Below are positions 6,631 to 12,160 of a stretch of 12,160 nt of DNA, piece after piece. Positions within the stretch are counted from its first letter, which is position 1; every line of letters starts with the position of its first letter. The notes under the pieces are model-generated. The model had not been told where the DNA came from. It ran no database searches and was given only the letters and a program-made list of their open reading frames with translations. Both the position numbers and the translations under genes were made by a program. The stretch comes from a plasmid, in the sequence record NC_015700.1; one strand, written 5' to 3'.

Positions 6631-7665
6631 TTAATAGAATTTTCTCTTAATCCATAATGCCACATCAACTAACAGAATCATCACTGGTACTTCGACCATG
6701 GGGCCAATAACGGCCGCAAATGCTTCTCCTGAACTTAATCCAAAGATACCAACGGTAACCGCCACGGCTAATTCAAAGTTGTTACTTGCAGCAGTAAATG
6801 ATTGGGTTGCGGAGATTGAATAACTAGTACCAGTCTTTTTAGCAATCCAAAAAGTAATAAAGAACATCAAAACGAAATAAAGTAATAAGGGAACAGCGAC
6901 ACGAACTGCGTCAAGTGGTAGTTCAACGACCCGCGCTCCTTTTACTGAGAACATAACTACTATAGTAAATAGTAAGGCCCAGGTAGTGATGCGACTAATC
7001 TTCGGAACATATTTATCTTCAAACCAGCCCCGACCTTTACTTTTAATAATCAAATAACGGGAACTAATGCCGAGGATAAATGGAATACCAAGGTAAATAA
7101 AAACCGTTTTAGCAATTTCACTCATTGTGATATTCACTGTTTGGGTTTGAATCCCAAAAAACTTAGGCAAAATACTGATAAAGAGGTAGGCATAAATCGA
7201 GTAGAAAATAATTTGGAAAATTGAATTAATCGCTACTAGCCCTGCTGCATAGTCATTATTACCGTGCGCAAGTTCATTCCACACAATGACCATTGCAATG
7301 CATCGTGCCAGACCAATCATAATTAAGCCAATCATGTAACTAGGATAATTTCGCAGAAAGATAATTGCTAATGCAAACATCAATAGTGGACCGACCACCC
7401 AGTTCTGAATTAATGAAAACGTAAGCTCCTTCTTATCACTGAAAACGTCTCCCATTTTCCCATAATTAACCTTAGTCAATGGTGGATATAACATTAGAAT
7501 TAAACCGATCGCAATTGGAATTGACGTCGTCCCAACCGACCAGCTATTGATTAGCTTAGGTAATGAAGGGAAAATAAAGCCACTTAAAATTCCTATTACC
7601 ATTGCTAAAAATACCCATAAAGTCATATAACGGTCCATAACTGATAAATTTCTTGATGTTTTCAT
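6631..7665 (-). CDS. acr3: ACR3-family arsenite efflux permease (start assigned to the internal Met preceded by AGGAGG)
   Basis: 344 aa from [16 protein letters not shown]..., polytopic and hydrophobic throughout. It lies between arsR and arsC in the classic operon order. A perfect RBS (AGGAGGAG) sits 7 nt before the ATG at 7663-7665. The ORF-track start at 7695 has no SD. Confidence 0.85.
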   Translation of the reverse strand: MKTSRNLSVMDRYMTLWVFLAMVIGILSGFIFPSLPKLINSWSVGTTSIPIAIGLILMLYPPLTKVNYGKMGDVFSDKKELTFSLIQNWVVGPLLMFALAIIFLRNYPSYMIGLIMIGLARCIAMVIVWNELAHGNNDYAAGLVAINSIFQIIFYSIYAYLFISILPKFFGIQTQTVNITMSEIAKTVFIYLGIPFILGISSRYLIIKSKGRGWFEDKYVPKISRITTWALLFTIVVMFSVKGARVVELPLDAVRVAVPLLLYFVLMFFITFWIAKKTGTSYSISATQSFTAASNNFELAVAVTVGIFGLSSGEAFAAVIGPMVEVPVMILLVDVALWIKRKFY

Positions 7666-7721
7666 AGTAGCTCCTCCTAATATGTAAACGCTCATCTATG
7701 TATAAAACCAAGAGAAAAGGA

Positions 7722-8033
7722 TTAACATTGCTTGTTAGTAATTTTGCAAATGCAATCCTCAGTATTAGATAAGGTCTTAGACAGTCCATTAATAAGTAGC
7801 GCAGCTGTGTCTTGATTTAGAGAATAATGGTGCCACTTGCCCTTTTTAGTTACGTGGACTAGCTCCTCTTTTTCTAATACTTTCATATGGTGAGAAAGGG
7901 TAGGCTGAGTGAAATCAAAATTTTTGAGAATATCACAAGCACACATCTCTCCACAGGAAAGCATTTCAAGGATTTGTAACCGATTTGGTTCTGCAACGAC
8001 TTTTAACAAACTTGCTAGCTTTTGATAATCCAT
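7722..8033 (-). CDS. arsR: ArsR/SmtB-family metalloregulatory repressor, first gene of the complete ars operon
   Basis: 103 aa with an HTH and SCGEMCACDIL, plus a C-terminal CICKITNKQC. An RBS is present. Acr3 starts 56 bp after its stop. Confidence 0.85.
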   Translation of the reverse strand: MDYQKLASLLKVVAEPNRLQILEMLSCGEMCACDILKNFDFTQPTLSHHMKVLEKEELVHVTKKGKWHHYSLNQDTAALLINGLSKTLSNTEDCICKITNKQC

Positions 8034-8191
8034 TTACATTCCTTCTCACATAGACATTTATCTATATGATAGATTACTCTAACTTAGATGTAAACCTAAG
8101 TAGTGGAATTCTTTGCAGTTAAAGACCTGAAAGGAAGATATTAGGAAAATAAGCATGTAATAATTATTATCTTCACATCGTATTTCCGTCA

Positions 8192-8219
8192 TTTAGAGCG
8201 GAATTAGATATGCTACAAT
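8192..8219 (+). promoter_or_regulatory. Putative promoter with extended -10 (TTTAGA - 16 bp - TGcTACAAT) for the 8270..8824 gene, in the divergent intergenic region shared with arsR
   Basis: The hexamers were read directly. The gene start lies about 50 bp downstream. The assignment is weak. Confidence 0.3.
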
Positions 8220-8269
8220 GTAAATAAGCAAGTTACACTGTTTTCGATGGTCGGAAGAAGGTCGTAAAT

Positions 8270-8824
8270 ATGATGGAAGAAAAGTTATATACCATCAATG
8301 AAATTATTAAAGACGCAGGTATAGCCCGCTCTACATTTGATAAATTTGCTGAAGCCAATAACTTACGTCCAGTAAAGACAGAAAAGCGAGGGAAGAAGTT
8401 ATATTCCTTGAAAGACAAGGAATTTGTAGTTTCTCACTATGTAAGTGGAAAAGGGAAAGAAGAAAAAGAAAAATTCACTAATCACAAAGCCGAACGGCAT
8501 GATGAAGTCGTTGATTTACTTCGCGAACAGGTTCAGCAACTTAAGAGAGCCAACGAACAACTCGTCCATGACAATGACATTCTGACAGACCAACTGAAAG
8601 TTAAAGATAACCAGATTGCAGCCGCACATCAGCTAACCGACCAAGCACAAAAGTTGCATCTCGGACTAGAGAAACAGGTCAAAGCCCTCACAGGAGACGC
8701 TGACAAGCCCGTAGTGGATGGCGAATCATCTGATATAAATTCATCGAATAACCAACAGAAGCCCACAGACGAGCCTATGGGCACGAAAAAAGCCACCCGT
8801 AAATCGTGGTGGCATATCTTTTAG
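8270..8824 (+). CDS. Plasmid-associated DNA-binding protein: N-terminal HTH (excisionase/MerR-like, LYTINEIIKDAGIARSTF) plus a long coiled-coil. Possibly a RepB/DUF536-like or KfrA-like accessory protein.
   Basis: 184 aa with an intact ORF and a GAAGAAGG RBS. Its domain architecture (HTH followed by a charged coiled coil) is typical of plasmid replication or partition accessory proteins of lactic acid bacteria. The family assignment is tentative. Confidence 0.55.
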   Translation: MMEEKLYTINEIIKDAGIARSTFDKFAEANNLRPVKTEKRGKKLYSLKDKEFVVSHYVSGKGKEEKEKFTNHKAERHDEVVDLLREQVQQLKRANEQLVHDNDILTDQLKVKDNQIAAAHQLTDQAQKLHLGLEKQVKALTGDADKPVVDGESSDINSSNNQQKPTDEPMGTKKATRKSWWHIF

Positions 8825-8828
8825 TAAG

Positions 8829-9605
8829 TTAAATTTGAAATGTTGTTTTGACGGGAGTGATGTCGAGTGTATATCCGACAACCTTCCGTCCTTTTTTCTC
8901 TGTCGTAAGATAGAATATTGTCTTTGGATAAAGTTCTCCCAGTTCTTTTAAGCTAACGCCTAGAACCCGTTGCCGAAAACGACCAGCGCTCCATTTTCGC
9001 GGCTTTCCGTCATCATCAGTGCCTAGAAACCAGCTTTGCCATTCTGTAATACTTCCTCTAATAGTTGCCTTTTGAAGTTTGCCCATTGAATTAGCATTCC
9101 AAAGCTTAAGCAAAGTCAGCGTATACTTCGAGCGCACAGTTGCCAATTCTGAGAGCTTAAACGAGTAATAATTCTGCTTTAGTTCAAAAACAAATGGGGC
9201 AACCTTTTTGCTGAACTGGAATTCAATCTTCCCGTCCTCAACAATCTCAATGTAATCAAAGAGCGAAGTCATTAAAATTCCATTCATACCATTTTTGTAC
9301 GTCCGGAGATAAATGGCTGTTTTAGTGTTTAATGCTCGAAATGCTTCACCTACTCGCTGATAATTCTTCCCAGAACTATTCAGCCCCAGATGGCGAATAA
9401 TATCAATCATCTGGACAGTGTACGTATGGTCACTGGTATCTTCGGCTTTCACAAAGCTAAAGCAATAGTCAAGCACCTTGTGTTCAAATGTTGTTAGATT
9501 ACCAAATGACCGCGCGAGATCATTAGCCTGTGTAACTAAATAATTTTGGCGACTAAGTAAGTTGCTAATGGTTTTATCCATTTTCTTGTTCTGAACAACA
9601 GCCAT
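8829..9605 (-). CDS. rep: Rep_3-family (RepB-type) theta-replication initiator protein. The start is assigned to the internal Met (MAVVQNKK...) nearest the iterons.
   Basis: About 258 aa, with size and composition typical of iteron-binding Rep_3 initiators of lactobacillus/lactococcal theta plasmids. It is immediately preceded by 22-bp iterons. The ORF-track N-terminal extension (MDCTNMVEMIFLKYDIFFLGG) looks non-coding. Confidence 0.8.
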   Translation of the reverse strand: MAVVQNKKMDKTISNLLSRQNYLVTQANDLARSFGNLTTFEHKVLDYCFSFVKAEDTSDHTYTVQMIDIIRHLGLNSSGKNYQRVGEAFRALNTKTAIYLRTYKNGMNGILMTSLFDYIEIVEDGKIEFQFSKKVAPFVFELKQNYYSFKLSELATVRSKYTLTLLKLWNANSMGKLQKATIRGSITEWQSWFLGTDDDGKPRKWSAGRFRQRVLGVSLKELGELYPKTIFYLTTEKKGRKVVGYTLDITPVKTTFQI

Positions 9606-9672
9606 AATTCTGCCCCCCAAAAAAAATATATCATATTTTAAGAATATCATCTCTACCATATTTGTGCAATCC

Positions 9673-9770
9673 ATGGCATTAATGACGTACTAAAATGGCA
9701 TTAATGACGTACTAAAATGGCATTAATGACGTACTAAAATGGCATTAATGACGTACTAAAATGGTATTTA
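9673..9770. repeat. Iterons: four perfect tandem 22-bp direct repeats (ATGGCATTAATGACGTACTAAA) plus a degenerate partial fifth. Assigned as the origin of theta replication.
   Basis: Units at 9673-9694, 9695-9716, 9717-9738 and 9739-9760 are identical. 9761-9770 (atggtattta) is a partial copy. There are no spacers, so this is not a CRISPR array. It lies directly upstream of rep. Confidence 0.9.
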
Positions 9771-9777
9771 TTTTCGC

Positions 9778-9804
9778 CGAAACCCTTTAATCTCAAGGGT
9801 TTCG
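9778..9804. repeat. 10-bp perfect inverted repeat (CGAAACCCTT - taatctc - AAGGGTTTCG) adjacent to the iterons. An origin-associated IR.
   Basis: Read directly. The iterons-plus-IR-plus-AT-rich layout matches the lactococcal/lactobacillus theta-replicon ori organisation. Confidence 0.7.
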
Positions 9805-9813
9805 TACCCCTCT

Positions 9814-9900
9814 AATGTATATTAAATGTAATAATAATGTATTTACTTAATGTATGACCTTGGCAAACTGAGTAAAAAATAAACTCATACTAAAAAATTA
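9814..9900. promoter_or_regulatory. AT-rich origin region with helically phased AATGTA motifs (starts at 9814, 9825, 9836 and 9849; spacings of 11, 11 and 13 bp)
   Basis: Read directly. Phasing at roughly one helical turn in a stretch of more than 80% AT suggests intrinsic bending, an unwinding element, or sites for a host factor or secondary Rep binding. Confidence 0.45.
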
Positions 9901-9905
9901 TAGTT

Positions 9906-12017
9906 TCAACGTTGTAGATCATTATCTTGACTAAGTTGCTTATTAATGTTGTTTTTAAGTTGCTGATTAGTCCGTTGTAATTGTTCAGTGTTAGCAATTA
10001 ATATAGCTTTCTTTAGTTTAAGAACAGGATTATTTTCCAATTGTTCCTCTTTTAGGTGACTGAATGGGTGAATTGATGCTTGAATTGTATTTGGGTCTAT
10101 ATATGCACTGTGCAAATGATCTGGTTTTGTATTAGGTGTTGTTATTAAAACTTTTGTTGTTTCATTGATTAAGTTAATAGCTTCAATCTTGATTTTTTGG
10201 AGAACCTTGATTGCAGTATCCATAAGGTACTTTAGGGTTTGGCGTAAGTGTTGTTTACGTCCAATGTCAGAAATAACTGGTTGAGCTGTTTCATTGGGGT
10301 TTAGTAATGATGATCCAACCTTATGTTCAGGTGCATTCTCAGCAATGGTATCGACTAATTGGTTTTTGTAGTCGTTAATTTGGTTTTGTACGGTTGTATT
10401 CTCATTCTGGAGTTGCTGATTCTGGGTGGTTAATTGTTGGTTGGTAGTTGATAATTCAGTTTTGGTAGTACGGGCAGTAGTTATCTCTTGGTTTAGGTTA
10501 TCAAGTTCATCTTGATAGTCTTGTTTATCTGTTTCCCAATTATCTCGCTCTTCTTGACGCCAGGAATCTAATTCCTGTTCCATTTGGGTTACATTAGCTT
10601 CGGTTACTGTAATTGGTTGATCGTTGTTATCGAGTAAGTCGTTTTGGTCAATTTCTTTTTGGGCGGCTTTGATACGCTGGAGCTTGCGCTGCTTAATTTG
10701 TTCTTCAGCGTCGCTAATCTGATTTTGCAGGGTTTGTAATTGCTGCTGTTGCTGGGTCAGTTGTTGTTCCAATTGCTTCTGTTGGTTTTCAGCAGCTGTT
10801 TGCTTTTCTTGGGCTGCATCAGCGTCTTTTTCAGCTTGTTGTTTATCCCTCTGAGAGCTTCTAGCAGCCCTTGTAATGTCGTTTGCCATTTCTAAGGGTG
10901 AAAGGTCGTTACCGTCTTTATCGACCGCCTGATGGCCTGTGGTGGCTTCGTAGATGCCCTTTAGGTTCTGAGTGACGGTTGCTACTTGTGACTGGACATC
11001 ATTCTTTTGGTTAGTTAAGTTATCAGCTTGGTCTTGTAATGACTGAACTGCTTTTTGGTGGTCCGCAATTTCCTGATGTTGAGCTTTTAACTGTTCCATG
11101 GAAAGCCCGGTTTGTATGGTCTTATCTTCCTTGGTTTTACGTTCAAAATCGAGGATTTTTTTATTTTGCGGCACTTTATAGGTCTTATGTAGTTCATCTT
11201 CCAGGCATTTTAAGGCGAATTGGTCCATGTTAGTCCGAAACCATTTCGTAGCGTCACGTCCGGAACAGTATTTACCTGTAACGGCGTGATGGAGACTTAC
11301 TAAGGCCTGATTGAGTGAATTAGTCACGTGAGCGGCTCGCTTTTTACCGCCTCTGGTCATGCCAAAGGTAGCTAGTTCATAATGAATGTGAGAGATTCCC
11401 ATTTCATCGTTATTGGTGGCGTAGCGTCCTCGGTGTAAATAATCGCCAACGTGAATCCATTGTTGATGATTATTGTTTAGCTTCCAGCCAACATTGTTGT
11501 TAGTAGCTTTAATTAGGGCTCGATTGAAACAATCATAAAACTGCTTGGCAACTGCAATATTATCTGGGATTGGTTGTCCGTTTTGGTCCTTTAATTTGAA
11601 AACTAGGTGCGTAGTACCGTCTGGCAACTTTTCTTCCTGATAGGAAGTCTTGGGACAGAATTGTTGCATCAATTTGCTTTGGACTTCCATATTGCCAATA
11701 GTCAGGACAGCGGTGGCTTTCTTTTTCCGTTTAAGGTAGTTTTTAACGCTGCCATACTGCCGCTCAGCGTGTCCTTTTTCTCGTTGGTGCTTATCGTGTT
11801 CCTCAACATAGTCTTTGAAATGTTCATTGTTCCATTGGTCGATTGCTGCTCGTGTTTTCGGAGATTTATCATATTGATTAAATTGAGTTTCGCTGAACAC
11901 AATATCTTGGTTAGTGTGATTAATCTTTTTATCATGTTCAACGTGCTTTTGAATGCCAGAATAACCGTTCTTATCCTTGGCTTGTAAGTCAGTTGTTACC
12001 GTGCATTTAATCGACAT
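9906..12017 (-). CDS. mob: Mob_Pre/MobV-family plasmid mobilization relaxase with a long Q-rich coiled-coil C-terminal region
   Basis: The N-terminus MSIKCTVTTDLQAKDKNGYSGIQKHVEHDKKINHTNQDIV fits the MobV motif I pattern (MS...K..G..G..KH.ER....N.DI). An HxDE..PHxH-like motif III (NNDEMGISHIHYE) is present. It is about 700 aa with a QQ-rich coiled-coil tail. The start is uncertain: 12017 is preferred (GGTGA-like SD), with the alternative ATG at 12032. Confidence 0.8.
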   Translation of the reverse strand: MSIKCTVTTDLQAKDKNGYSGIQKHVEHDKKINHTNQDIVFSETQFNQYDKSPKTRAAIDQWNNEHFKDYVEEHDKHQREKGHAERQYGSVKNYLKRKKKATAVLTIGNMEVQSKLMQQFCPKTSYQEEKLPDGTTHLVFKLKDQNGQPIPDNIAVAKQFYDCFNRALIKATNNNVGWKLNNNHQQWIHVGDYLHRGRYATNNDEMGISHIHYELATFGMTRGGKKRAAHVTNSLNQALVSLHHAVTGKYCSGRDATKWFRTNMDQFALKCLEDELHKTYKVPQNKKILDFERKTKEDKTIQTGLSMEQLKAQHQEIADHQKAVQSLQDQADNLTNQKNDVQSQVATVTQNLKGIYEATTGHQAVDKDGNDLSPLEMANDITRAARSSQRDKQQAEKDADAAQEKQTAAENQQKQLEQQLTQQQQQLQTLQNQISDAEEQIKQRKLQRIKAAQKEIDQNDLLDNNDQPITVTEANVTQMEQELDSWRQEERDNWETDKQDYQDELDNLNQEITTARTTKTELSTTNQQLTTQNQQLQNENTTVQNQINDYKNQLVDTIAENAPEHKVGSSLLNPNETAQPVISDIGRKQHLRQTLKYLMDTAIKVLQKIKIEAINLINETTKVLITTPNTKPDHLHSAYIDPNTIQASIHPFSHLKEEQLENNPVLKLKKAILIANTEQLQRTNQQLKNNINKQLSQDNDLQR

Positions 12018-12113
12018 ATTATCATCACCCATATCGTAGTTTTGCTACCATCATTGTAACATATTCGGTAATAAGTAAAGTGGTTAACTTATCCAATTTA
12101 CTAGCTCCCTAGT

Positions 12114-12135
12114 CAAAATGGAGTAATCCATTTTG
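12114..12135. promoter_or_regulatory. Candidate oriT hairpin (CAAAATGGA-gtaa-TCCATTTTG) about 80-100 bp upstream of the relaxase gene
   Basis: A perfect 9-bp inverted repeat read directly. MobV oriTs are IR-containing and normally lie just upstream of mob. The nick site itself is not recognisable. Confidence 0.35.
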
Positions 12136-12160
12136 TCGGTCGCTCTGCTGAGGGCATTAG

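Noticed and set aside
7556-7789. 77-aa minus-strand ORF bridging arsR and acr3, and the 7695 start of acr3 suggested by the ORF track
   Set aside because: It overlaps the arsR 3' end and the acr3 RBS region out of frame. The acr3 start at 7665 has a perfect AGGAGG SD, whereas 7695 has none.
8233-8418. 61-aa minus-strand ORF overlapping the start of the 8270..8824 gene
   Set aside because: It is antisense to a well-formed gene and has no RBS.
9673-9770. Considered whether the 22-bp tandem repeats could be a CRISPR array
   Set aside because: The repeats are directly abutting with no spacers, and they sit immediately upstream of a Rep_3 initiator. These are iterons, not CRISPR.
11039-11987. 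ORFs 11039..11233 (+), 11607..11987 (+) and 11702..11941 (-) inside the mob gene
   Set aside because: They are embedded in or antisense to the continuous 700-aa relaxase ORF. They are hydrophobic and low-complexity, and they lack translation signals.

Overview
This window reads as a piece of a mosaic, low-GC theta-replicating, mobilizable resistance plasmid from a Lactobacillales host. tet(W) on a Lactobacillus plasmid is known from Limosilactobacillus reuteri, but the host species cannot be proven from the sequence alone. Every supportable gene except one (8270..8824) lies on the minus strand. Left to right on the + coordinates the window holds the following.

- A bidirectional terminator.
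- A hypothetical coiled-coil protein.
- A HigB/HigA-like toxin-antitoxin pair (Gp49/RelE-family toxin upstream of an XRE-HTH antitoxin) with a perfect palindromic operator.
- A small catalytic-domain-only tyrosine recombinase, flanked by inverted repeats, a T6G8 homopolymer and a cluster of AGGGGCT-bearing hairpins.
- A sharply higher-GC island of about 2.7 kb carrying tet(W), with a leader-peptide and terminator attenuator and a downstream intrinsic terminator.
- A truncated YSIRK-signal surface-protein N-terminus whose strong promoter points into the tet(W) leader.
- A rearranged arsenic resistance locus: a complete arsR-acr3-arsC set whose arsC is frameshifted, plus a diverged partial second copy (arsR2 and the first roughly 78 codons of acr3).
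- A convergent gene pair: an HTH/coiled-coil gene and a Rep_3-family replication initiator.
- The replication origin, with four and a half 22-bp iterons, a 10-bp inverted repeat and helically phased AATGTA motifs.
- A Mob_Pre/MobV relaxase with a Q-rich coiled-coil tail and a candidate oriT hairpin upstream.

No CRISPR array, rRNA or tRNA was seen. I saw nothing that clearly amounts to a previously undescribed system. The candidates most worth testing are the toxin-antitoxin pair with its unexplained downstream partner gene, the recombinase with its flanking repeat architecture, and the promoter and attenuator arrangement upstream of tet(W).
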